DNA from: a virus
Direction: 5' to 3' (one strand)
IMG/VR virus record: IMGVR_UViG_3300037826_000057
Location: 13,054-77,053 of that record
Length of the DNA: 64,000 nt
The notes under the pieces are model-generated. The model made no database searches, was not told the DNA's origin, and was given only the letters and a program-made list of their open reading frames with translations. The translations under genes were made by a program, and so were the position numbers. This document shows, in pieces, positions 27,530 to 36,121 of the stretch (positions are counted from its first letter, which is position 1; the number at the start of each line of letters is the position of its first letter).

Positions 27530-27929
27530 ACCCCTGCTAGTGAATATATAACGAACCTAGCACCAAATACCCTCTCCAAAATATTCTATGGTAAGAGGTT
27601 CTATGGTAAGAGGTTCTGTGGTAAAAGTTCCCCGCGCTTACATATTACAACCTCTCTGGTAATTAGCTTCTCCAGCAGCTAGCTTTTCTGGTAAATACTT
27701 CCCCGCGTTACACGTAACCCATATTCTGGTTAGTAGTTAAACTTACAATTTATTTTTCAATCTTGTGACAATTTCTTAAAATTTCAGAAATAGCGGTAAA
27801 AGTCAGAAATAGCGGTAAAGGCTTTGCGCGGTTACACTCAGGCTTGAGCTGGTAACGCACCGCCTGGTTAACACATTGCCGCAAGAAATCTTGCTACAAC
27901 AGAATCCGCTTGCAATATTAATTGTAGCA

Positions 27930-28433
27930 AAAAAATATAACAAAGTATCATTATAATGCAATAACAAAAAGACACCACAAAGTATAACTATATTGTAACA
28001 TTAATTACAGTAAAGAAATTTTGTAAAATATAATTGTATTACAATATGGTGTGTAGTACAATTAAATATACATTACTGATATATTATACGATAAAATATG
28101 TATGAAAGTAAGTATGTAATGAACCAGAAAATTGCCAAAAGAATTGTATCAAATAAACACCGCAAAACACAATTATACTGTAATTAATATTACAGTAAAG
28201 AAATATAACAAAGTATCATTATACTGTAATCTGGTTTGTAGTACAATTAAATATATATCTTCTGATATACTATGCGATTAAATATGTATACAATTAAATA
28301 TTATATAATCAGATATATAATACAATTAAATATGTATGCAATTAAATATATATAACGAACCGGGGAATTGCCAAGGGAATTGCAATCATAAGATACACTG
28401 GCAATTGATACACTGGCAATTGATACACTGGCA
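27930..28433. repeat. AT-rich degenerate direct duplication plus three 15-bp GATACACTGGCAATT repeats
   Basis: ATATAACAAAGTATCATTATA, GTAGTACAATTAAATATA and TAAYGAACC...AATTGCCAA each occur twice; triple repeat at 28392-28433. Confidence 0.72.
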
Positions 28434-28673
28434 TGTATATATAAGGAGGGATACAATTATAGGGGGATTGTAAGATAAACTTGTAAAAGCTTTTAGAATG
28501 CATGAAATGTTATGCACTTGCAAAAAAGCATTGCATTGCTAAGCATAAAATAGCTTGAAATCGCCTGAAATCGCCTTAAAAGTGTAGCTTTTGCAAAATA
28601 TCATTGCAAAAGTTAGCAATTTTAGGGAATTTGGGAATATCCGACGGTTTTAACATTACTGCGTATTTTACGC

Positions 28674-28701
28674 TTGCGATATTCTACTATCCCGCTATAA
28701 T
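28674..28701 (+). promoter_or_regulatory. Probable sigma70-type promoter
   Basis: TTGCGA-16-TATAAT. Confidence 0.55.
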
Positions 28702-28707
28702 TGTAAG

Positions 28708-28915
28708 CGTTCTTTAATAATTAAATAGCTTTGGACTTATTCAACGCGCGGGCGTATGTGGCGCTAGCACTTTTACGAAACGGGTTCCGTAGCCCGACGC
28801 ACAAGCTCATAGTTGCGCACAATGAGCGAGCGAGAGCAGCTTCAACGATTTACGACGGCTCCACATGTGACGCGCGGATTGTCCAGGCGCGTTTGTTTGG
28901 ATTTTCTAGCTTATG
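28708..28915 (+). ncRNA. Candidate structured non-coding RNA or long 5' leader
   Basis: GC-rich island with nested pairings TGGAC/GTCCA, ATGTGG/CCACAT, CGGGT/GCCCG and GCTCAT/ATGAGC; no RBS-supported ORF. Confidence 0.4.
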
Positions 28916-28923
28916 GGAGTAGA

Positions 28924-29070
28924 ATGATGAAATGCCGTAACTGTGGCAAAACATACTCGAAACATGAACGTGATGAAATGCTGGCGTATATGTTTGTCGG
29001 CGCGCCGGATGAGGATTACATAGTCCTTATTGAGGGATTGTGTATAGACTGTTGGCCGGAATACTATTAA
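28924..29070 (+). CDS. Small zinc-finger protein (MMKCRNCG...CIDC)
   Basis: GGGAG RBS; start reassigned from 28813. Confidence 0.62.
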   Translation: MMKCRNCGKTYSKHERDEMLAYMFVGAPDEDYIVLIEGLCIDCWPEYY

Positions 29071-29080
29071 GGGGGATAAG

Positions 29081-29278
29081 ATGAAAAAGATTAAACGTAT
29101 CTTAATTGTGATAGTGTTGGCTTTGCCCTTAATCCTCTCCGCCGTAGCTTGCGATGACGAGGACGGCGACGGGGATGTAAGTATCGGACGGGAAGCATGC
29201 GTAGCGGCATGCTCCCTCCAGTACGAACGCGGCAGCGAAAGCTGGCATAGTTGCACTTCATTATGCCCAGCTGATTAA
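29081..29278 (+). CDS. Small lipoprotein
   Basis: Basic N-terminus, hydrophobic core, lipobox AVA-C, then an acidic linker and four further Cys. Confidence 0.75.
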   Translation: MKKIKRILIVIVLALPLILSAVACDDEDGDGDVSIGREACVAACSLQYERGSESWHSCTSLCPAD

Positions 29279-29319
29279 TCTTAACGATAGATCAAATAAG
29301 AATAGTAAAGGAAAAGACA

Positions 29320-30183
29320 ATGACAATCCAGATGGAAAAGCTCGAGAGTCTGTTAGCTAAAGAACACATTAACGCTCTGGATGTAATCGGAGCGTTAGAC
29401 TACTGCCTCAATGCCAAGGCAGTAGAATTTGAAATACTCAATAACTCCAGAAAAGCCTGGGGCAAGCCGATAAGAAGCACGCCGACAAGGCTTGCCCAAA
29501 AAGGCACGCTATACAGCAAGGACGGGGAAGTAGTGCAAGCTTCCCCAAGCAGCACTAAAGGCGCAACTAGCACTTTTAAGAGTGCAAGGAAAGATAACGG
29601 AAAAGAGTATGCGGCTATCCTCTTGGATTCACTATTGCCAAATGAAAGCAGCAAGTTAGCTGCTATGTTGGCAATAGTCGATGATGTAGACTTCACAAAA
29701 GTCCTTGGAAAAGAAGCGGGGCAAGCAGCTGAAAAGCTGGCAAAGGCAACAGTAGAATTGTTCTTTTGTCAAGTGGAAGTAAACAACGAACGCTTGCCCA
29801 GCAAAGTATCACGAAAATCCCAAGCTATGGGCGATTCCGACGCCCAAGCTGAAGCCGACGAGAGCTCGCTCACTCCGGCGCAACGCGCCGCCAATCGTAT
29901 AGCGCGATTGAAGGGCAACGAGCTGCCCTATAGCGAGAGCGAACAAGCCGACGAACAAGCCGACGAACAAGCTGGCGAACAAGCCGATTTCAATGCCGAT
30001 GAACTCGACGAACTCACTGACGTGAAGTATATCGGAACGTCAACGGCAGAAAAGCTGTTATCGCACGGCTGGACGCTGGATCAAATTAACGTCCAGTATA
30101 AGCTGCATGGCGAGCTTCCGCCGGAAGTACAAGAAATTGTATCCGCTAAGGCGGCAGACAATCTTAAAAAAGAAATTGAATAG
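29320..30183 (+). CDS. Hypothetical protein with C-terminal helix-hairpin-helix DNA-binding motif
   Basis: ELTDVKYIGTSTAEKLLSHG; EQAD repeat linker encoded by 12-nt repeats at 29941-29988. Confidence 0.7.
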   Translation: MTIQMEKLESLLAKEHINALDVIGALDYCLNAKAVEFEILNNSRKAWGKPIRSTPTRLAQKGTLYSKDGEVVQASPSSTKGATSTFKSARKDNGKEYAAILLDSLLPNESSKLAAMLAIVDDVDFTKVLGKEAGQAAEKLAKATVELFFCQVEVNNERLPSKVSRKSQAMGDSDAQAEADESSLTPAQRAANRIARLKGNELPYSESEQADEQADEQAGEQADFNADELDELTDVKYIGTSTAEKLLSHGWTLDQINVQYKLHGELPPEVQEIVSAKAADNLKKEIE

Positions 30184-30186
30184 CAT

Positions 30187-30225
30187 AAAATATGGGCAAG
30201 TGTAAAAGCTTGCCCATATTTTTTT
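30187..30225 (+). terminator. Intrinsic terminator (bidirectional potential)
   Basis: AAAATATGGGCAAG...CTTGCCCATATTTTTTT. Confidence 0.8.
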
Positions 30226-30344
30226 GTGGCAATAAACTAAATAAGCATTATAATAATCTAATATATAATAAGATAGATTATTATAATAAGATAGATAGAT
30301 ACAACGGATATATTATAAAATACTAACATATTATAAAATATCTA

Positions 30345-30453
30345 GGTATTTTTTAATGCGTGCATATTTTTTAATACTGCGGTATTTTTTAATATGAGGG
30401 TATTTTATAATACTGTGATATTTTTTAATACTGCGGTATTTTTTAATATCACG
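30345..30453. repeat. Six copies of an 18-19 bp unit (GGTATTTTTTAATACTGC)
   Basis: Read directly from the sequence. Confidence 0.75.
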
Positions 30454-30712
30454 GTCTATTTTATTTTGTAGATAAACTTGCAATCCCCCCTATTGACCGT
30501 AAAAAAAGCCTACCGTGCTGTGGCGCCGGCCCCATGTGAACCCCTTACACGCCACAACCAAAAATCCCAAAGTTCATGCCAATCCCAAAGTTGGTAACCG
30601 CAGAGTGGGTAGGATCATAAAGTTGGTAGGATCACAAAGTAGGTAACCGTAAAATTGGTAACTATATTGGTGTATATTATATATCAGTGTATATTATATT
30701 GGTATTTGTATA

Positions 30713-30991
30713 TTAATACCTTTTATAACTTATTCTTATCTCTAGTTCTGTGCTGTTATCTAGGGCTGTGTTTACTTCTTCTATTTTATCTAGTATTTCT
30801 TGCAGCATTTTATCACGGGTTTTTCTACTTTGGTTTATTTTTTCTTCGGTCTCTCTTATTGTTCTGCGTGCGCTGCTAGCTCTTCTGGTGTCTGCTTTCA
30901 ATAGTTCCTCCCAGCTTATATTTTCCTTACCTAATTTTTCCTCATTTAATCCCGCCTTACTTGATTTTGCCCTATCGCACATCGGACACAC
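30713..30991 (-). CDS. Hypothetical coiled-coil protein next to the holin-like gene
   Basis: AAGGAGG RBS, GTG start. Confidence 0.55.
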   Translation of the reverse strand: MCPMCDRAKSSKAGLNEEKLGKENISWEELLKADTRRASSARRTIRETEEKINQSRKTRDKMLQEILDKIEEVNTALDNSTELEIRISYKRY

Positions 30992-30998
30992 CTCCTTA

Positions 30999-31310
30999 TT
31001 AGGTACCTACTTCCTTGTAGGTACCTAATTGTTCCAGTATTTTGTTTAATACTGAATTTAATTCTTGGCTGAGTTTTAGGTATTTTTTGGTTTGTTCGTT
31101 CTCGTGCTCGGCCAGCTCTCTTAGTAGTTCTACTTCTCTATCCCTTGCCTGAATTATTACATCTCTGACGGATTTAGATAGTTCTTGTTTGCATTTTAGA
31201 ACCTTTCTATACTCACGCCAGAGGTATATTACAGCCCATCCCAAACCAATAACCATAATACCCAAAGGCCCGTATCCAAGCAATATACTCTCTAATGTTA
31301 ATTCTTGCAA
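30999..31310 (-). CDS. Holin-like protein (BhlA/UviB-like architecture)
   Basis: One N-terminal membrane helix (GYGPLGIMVIGLGWAVIYLW) plus coiled coil; end of the late operon. Confidence 0.55.
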   Translation of the reverse strand: MQELTLESILLGYGPLGIMVIGLGWAVIYLWREYRKVLKCKQELSKSVRDVIIQARDREVELLRELAEHENEQTKKYLKLSQELNSVLNKILEQLGTYKEVGT

Positions 31311-31435
31311 ACTTATAACCTCCTGGACTTATAAATTTTTTTTCAATTATAAAAAATTTACACTTAGAGATTTTTACACTTATAGATTTTTACACTTATA
31401 AGTTTTTAGATTTACAATCTAGCAAATTTGTTATT

Positions 31436-31482
31436 TTGTAAATTTATAATCTTGTAAATTTATAATCTTGTAAATTTATAAC
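31436..31482. repeat. Three copies of TTGTAAATTTATAATC
   Basis: Read directly from the sequence. Confidence 0.65.
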
Positions 31483-31491
31483 CTGTTAAAT

Positions 31492-31854
31492 TTATGCCTT
31501 AACTTCTATAATCTTATCTAATAGCTGCCAGTCCTGAATACTAAATTCACCAGAAATATTCTCTAAATCTATTTCCGGGGGTGTAAAGTCTATATCTACT
31601 TCCTGTGCTAAAAGCTCTGAAAATTCTTGAGCAAACTTTCTAGCTTCTACACTATCAGCTTTAATACTTATACCCTTAGTAGTTTTTGTAGCGTATTTTT
31701 TAATTAGTTTTTCACGCTCTTTTTCTATAATTTCAATTTCATCAAAAATAACCTGAAGTTCTTTATTTAATTTATAACTTTGTACTGCGCTCATATTTGC
31801 CTGTACTAACTTACCTAATGCTTGCCTTGCATTCCAAATGTCTAATAATTGCAT
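31492..31854 (-). CDS. DUF1617-like protein downstream of the tail fibre
   Basis: SYKLNK...EKEREKLIKKY...ELLAQEVDI pattern and gene position. Confidence 0.6.
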   Translation of the reverse strand: MQLLDIWNARQALGKLVQANMSAVQSYKLNKELQVIFDEIEIIEKEREKLIKKYATKTTKGISIKADSVEARKFAQEFSELLAQEVDIDFTPPEIDLENISGEFSIQDWQLLDKIIEVKA

Positions 31855-31897
31855 TTTATTATCCTCCTTTGTTAAATTCTACCTTACTAATTTACTG

Positions 31898-34426
31898 TTA
31901 CTGCCACATTACCCACACATTAACATATACTGTGTCTGTGCCACTCGTTTGGTCAATTGTAAGTTTGCCTGTGGAGTAAAGCGTTAAGTTAACCTGATTA
32001 GTTCCATCATTAAATATAGAAGATGTATCAGAACCAGAGCTTGGAGTGTCCAGAGCTAGCTCAGCGTTACTAGTGTTGCTCGATCTGTCGGTAGCAACAA
32101 AAAATGCATTAAGTCCATATTGCACATCATTACTCCCATCAGGAATAATAGTAGTTTCCCCGCCTCCACTGACACTGCCTTCCCAGTAAAGGAACCCGCC
32201 GAAATCTTTGTAACCGTGCATAAGCCCTAATGGGTCAGTAGGCCCGATGCCGATGTTACCATCGTGATTAATAGTCAAATATTCAGTAGGCCCACCACCC
32301 GTACCATTTTCTCGTGCATATAAACCAAACTTAAATCCCTCATTCCCATTCGACCAATTCTCAGTAGCCTTAGCAACAAAGAATTTTCTAGGACTATCCC
32401 ATTCCGTTCCGTCATAACCTTGTAAGGCGAAGTTTAAAATCTCATCCCCATCTTGAATGGCAGCCGGAGAGCCTAGAGTGCCCCTTGCTCTTTTTGCAAT
32501 AAATCTAGGAATACTAACAAATGTATCGCCAGCGGTGGCTACTGTGAAGTCTAAAAGCCCTGAACTGCTATCTTCTCTTCTTAATGTAGCAACTTTATTA
32601 TCACTTGTCACAACATCTAATTTCGCCCCCATCACCGCAATATCCCCAGCCGCATCAAACACAATTCGCTCATCGCTGGCACCAATGCCGATCCAAGCAG
32701 CATCTTGCATTTGAATATTATTTATACCGGTTATATTATCACTATCGTCTATAGAGATTCCACAATCTTGTAATGTATCAGTACCATCCCATCTAGCTAT
32801 TGTATTATCTGTACCAAGCCCAGTTAAGTCCGTACCCCCGCCCCCAGCTCCAAGATCAGTCCAAGAACCGCCAGAATCTTTAAATTCTATATTTCCAGCA
32901 TTATCTCTTAAACCATACCCCATAGAACCTTCAGTGGCACCCCAATTAATATAGGAATTAGTTGATAATTCTACATGATCAGTAAATATACACCGATCAT
33001 CAAATGTTATATCTGGTGTATCACCACCGCCAGCACCAGGCGCAAATCCAGCACTTATAGTACAATCAGAAATTGTAATGCCTTCTAAATCACCGCCAGC
33101 AAAAAAGTCTCCGAGAACAGCTAAATCAGTATGTGGATTTGTGGTTTTGATACCTAAACGCTTATCTGTAGTGTCCCAGTATAAGTTAGAATTATCTTCT
33201 GATAGTTCACCATCATCACTAGCAAATAATACTGAACCAGAAGTAAATATATCTATTTCCCTATCAGTATCTACAAAGATACTACCTTCGGCTGCGTGGC
33301 TGCGCACAACCCAGCCTACGCGCATAGCAAAATTTGGGTGTGTTGGTTTTACATTTGTTAGTTCTCCAGGTGTAGTTGCACTTATGTATAACGTATCACC
33401 CGCAGACCAAGAAGAAGTATCTAGTTCTCTAACACGCCCATAGGTTGTTGCATACCCAACTGCATTATTATTAATAGTATTTTGGGTAACTACAGCAATC
33501 CCGCGCAAGGTGGATAAAGCATCTGCTTGTGCTAATTGTACTTGTGGGTTATCTCCAGTAGAACCAGAAACATATACAACATCACCATTATTTAGTGTAG
33601 AACCTTCTGCATTCTTAACCCTTATCAAGTTTTCATTTCCGATATTTAAAGTAATATCTTCATTATCATTATAGTAGGAAAGAGTATTACTCTCTGCAGA
33701 ATAAAATAACCTGGCCTCTTGCCAATCCGGGTTAGGGTTTTGTGGTGTAAAATCAAGATAGTTTACAGCTCCACTAATGGTAGTACCGCCAGCACTTGTT
33801 AGACCGCCTAAAAATGGGCGTATATCTTTCTCAATGTATGCGCCCCAGTTCTCTGTATCCCAACCAATACCAGAAGCAGAAGGCGTTAATTGTAAGGTGC
33901 AAACCGGCAAACTCCCAGATGGTACAGAAGGTGCCTCTGGACTTACAGATTCAGTGCCAGTTTTAATATTTACCGTTCCACCAGATGTAAGATAAACCAG
34001 GTCTTTGCGGTTATTTGTACTGGGGGCAGAGATTGTACTGGTAATAGCACCATCAAATTCTAACCTTTCTGTATCAGAATAATGCCACACACCAGAAGCA
34101 ACGTGTATAGACATATCTCTAGGTGTATTTGGGGTGGGTTCAAACCATCTGGCAACTTTTTGCCAGTAGCGTATTCTATTTAAGTTATCAACCAGAGAAG
34201 AATGCCCTGAAGTAATAGGTGTTTGTGCTTCTGTAGTATCATAAGTCACCAAGCGTTGATTAAGCTGGCCAATAACACCTCTCCAGGGTAACCCAGACCC
34301 ACCAGCTGGGCCTTCATCGCCACCAAATACTAGCTTTCCACCCTGTATAGCACCTAAAGTCTCTTCTCTTGTACGCGCTTCTATAAAATCTACTAATGTT
34401 TCACTAAATCTTCTAGTTTTGCTCAT
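31898..34426 (-). CDS. Tail fibre / receptor-binding protein
   Basis: G/S/T/D-rich; fibre repeats RLGIKTTNP and GNIGIGPTDP; gene position. Confidence 0.8.
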   Translation of the reverse strand: MSKTRRFSETLVDFIEARTREETLGAIQGGKLVFGGDEGPAGGSGLPWRGVIGQLNQRLVTYDTTEAQTPITSGHSSLVDNLNRIRYWQKVARWFEPTPNTPRDMSIHVASGVWHYSDTERLEFDGAITSTISAPSTNNRKDLVYLTSGGTVNIKTGTESVSPEAPSVPSGSLPVCTLQLTPSASGIGWDTENWGAYIEKDIRPFLGGLTSAGGTTISGAVNYLDFTPQNPNPDWQEARLFYSAESNTLSYYNDNEDITLNIGNENLIRVKNAEGSTLNNGDVVYVSGSTGDNPQVQLAQADALSTLRGIAVVTQNTINNNAVGYATTYGRVRELDTSSWSAGDTLYISATTPGELTNVKPTHPNFAMRVGWVVRSHAAEGSIFVDTDREIDIFTSGSVLFASDDGELSEDNSNLYWDTTDKRLGIKTTNPHTDLAVLGDFFAGGDLEGITISDCTISAGFAPGAGGGDTPDITFDDRCIFTDHVELSTNSYINWGATEGSMGYGLRDNAGNIEFKDSGGSWTDLGAGGGGTDLTGLGTDNTIARWDGTDTLQDCGISIDDSDNITGINNIQMQDAAWIGIGASDERIVFDAAGDIAVMGAKLDVVTSDNKVATLRREDSSSGLLDFTVATAGDTFVSIPRFIAKRARGTLGSPAAIQDGDEILNFALQGYDGTEWDSPRKFFVAKATENWSNGNEGFKFGLYARENGTGGGPTEYLTINHDGNIGIGPTDPLGLMHGYKDFGGFLYWEGSVSGGGETTIIPDGSNDVQYGLNAFFVATDRSSNTSNAELALDTPSSGSDTSSIFNDGTNQVNLTLYSTGKLTIDQTSGTDTVYVNVWVMWQ

Positions 34427-34441
34427 AAATCATACCTCTAG

Positions 34442-36121
34442 TTAAGTTGTTTCACTTTCCACATAATCTGCACCTTCTATTTCCGTAATTTGAACATCGC
34501 TTGGTATACCATCACACCTATGTTCATAATTTTGTAGGTCATCTGTAAATTGAATCGCGCAAGACTGCCCTGTATTAGCACCAATAAATGTACCCGCCTC
34601 ATTTAATGATGCTCCCATTGCACGATATATACACTTACTAGGCCAAGGTGTAGTTGATTCCCTTGTTATAGAATCTGCACTACCTGGTGCTGTGTAGAAT
34701 GCACCTTGCCCACCATTAACAGTTACAAACTGTGTACCACTTCCAGAAGCTAAAAGTGGTGGAGTTTTTAAATCCGTAATGACAGAACCAGATGGTAAAT
34801 TGGGTAAAACTGTTTGTGCATTTGGCCACCCACTATATAATACACATTGTTTATAAGGCCCCAAAGTACCATATAAATAGACTTTACCTTGCATCTCCGC
34901 GTGAGGGTAAATATACCCAGAACCAGGAGCAACAAACCCTATACCAGAAGCTAGTGTATTTGCTTCTACTTCTAACATTATAGGTGATGTAGCTGGATAT
35001 ACACTACCTGTGACATATAGCTGAGTTCCAGCTCTGTCTAACCCCCTTGGTTTCACAGGAAAATCTAAATCTGGATTGCGTTTCCAAACACTAAGCCAAT
35101 CTGTCCCGTCATTATCTGAATAACTTACTATCACAAATGTACCGTGAAATGTTATACACCCTGCTTTATCATTAATAGTATTAATATCATCACGCGATAT
35201 GGTACCATCCATATCTGTATCACGGTAAACATTTACACTAGTACCGTCTTCATCGACAATAAACCTTTTACCATCAAAATCTACTCCAAAAGGTGCTTGG
35301 GCAATACGTGGTTTATCTACAAATGTACTTACACCGTAAGGTGTATAATCCGCTTCTTCAAATTGATTCTTTGTATAAGCTAAATCTCCATTTGAATCCC
35401 GCGTCCAAAATTTATGGTCACAACCCCAGGCCGGTGCTAAAAAACTACCATAAGGTGCCGTATCTTTTATTTCCCAATTTGAAAGCCCAAATCTAATATA
35501 GTCATCTTCGTTTATACTAAATTCATATCGTGAAAAACTAGCTAATTGACTTTCAGAGAATGGTCTCACACTACAAACGTAACCAAATTTTGGTATAAAT
35601 TCCTGACGCCATGAGTTTCCACCATCAAAGGAAACCCATACGCCATAGTAGTCCTCATAACTTAACGTTTGATACAAAACACCATTATATGAATTTAAAT
35701 CTCTAATTTTCCATTCATCTGGGTGACTGTCTGAGACTTCATTATGCGAATCAAATAATAGAGTTGGTTGTCCATCTTCCTCTCTTATTCTATAAATTTG
35801 AGCAGCTACATAAGTTGTTCTATCATAACCATCAATCTCTTCCCATTGTACGTTGACTGCCGTCAAAATATGTGCATTACAAAAGGTCATTTGACTATAT
35901 GGTCTAACAGTCACAAATTCTTCATCAAAATCATCATAATGATCTGTGGTATATTCCTGTACTCTAATTTCTGTTAGGTTTTTACTAAACATATTAAATT
36001 TATAAAAATATTGTATGCCAGAATGAATATAAATACTACCAGTACTATCATCTGGAGCAATCCGAATTCTATCTAACAGCACCGGGGCTTCAAAACGCGT
36101 TATTTCTGTATAAGTAGCCAT
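34442..36121 (-). CDS. Tail tip protein, beta-propeller-like
   Basis: Asp-box SFDGGNSW; gene position. Confidence 0.65.
   Translation of the reverse strand: MATYTEITRFEAPVLLDRIRIAPDDSTGSIYIHSGIQYFYKFNMFSKNLTEIRVQEYTTDHYDDFDEEFVTVRPYSQMTFCNAHILTAVNVQWEEIDGYDRTTYVAAQIYRIREEDGQPTLLFDSHNEVSDSHPDEWKIRDLNSYNGVLYQTLSYEDYYGVWVSFDGGNSWRQEFIPKFGYVCSVRPFSESQLASFSRYEFSINEDDYIRFGLSNWEIKDTAPYGSFLAPAWGCDHKFWTRDSNGDLAYTKNQFEEADYTPYGVSTFVDKPRIAQAPFGVDFDGKRFIVDEDGTSVNVYRDTDMDGTISRDDINTINDKAGCITFHGTFVIVSYSDNDGTDWLSVWKRNPDLDFPVKPRGLDRAGTQLYVTGSVYPATSPIMLEVEANTLASGIGFVAPGSGYIYPHAEMQGKVYLYGTLGPYKQCVLYSGWPNAQTVLPNLPSGSVITDLKTPPLLASGSGTQFVTVNGGQGAFYTAPGSADSITRESTTPWPSKCIYRAMGASLNEAGTFIGANTGQSCAIQFTDDLQNYEHRCDGIPSDVQITEIEGADYVESETT

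Noticed and set aside
8769-28361. TAAYGAACC as a LexA (GAAC-N4-GTTC) SOS box
   Set aside because: The GTTC half-site is missing in every copy.
28776-28835. c-di-GMP-I riboswitch (AAAC...GACGCA resemblance)
   Set aside because: No GNRA tetraloop on the first hairpin and no tetraloop receptor in the second.
24420-30660. CRISPR array among the repeats
   Set aside because: The repeats are short, degenerate and contiguous, with no unique spacers of constant length.
30655-31401. Endolysin beside the holin-like gene
   Set aside because: No amidase, muramidase or peptidase motif seen here; a lysin probably lies outside the window.
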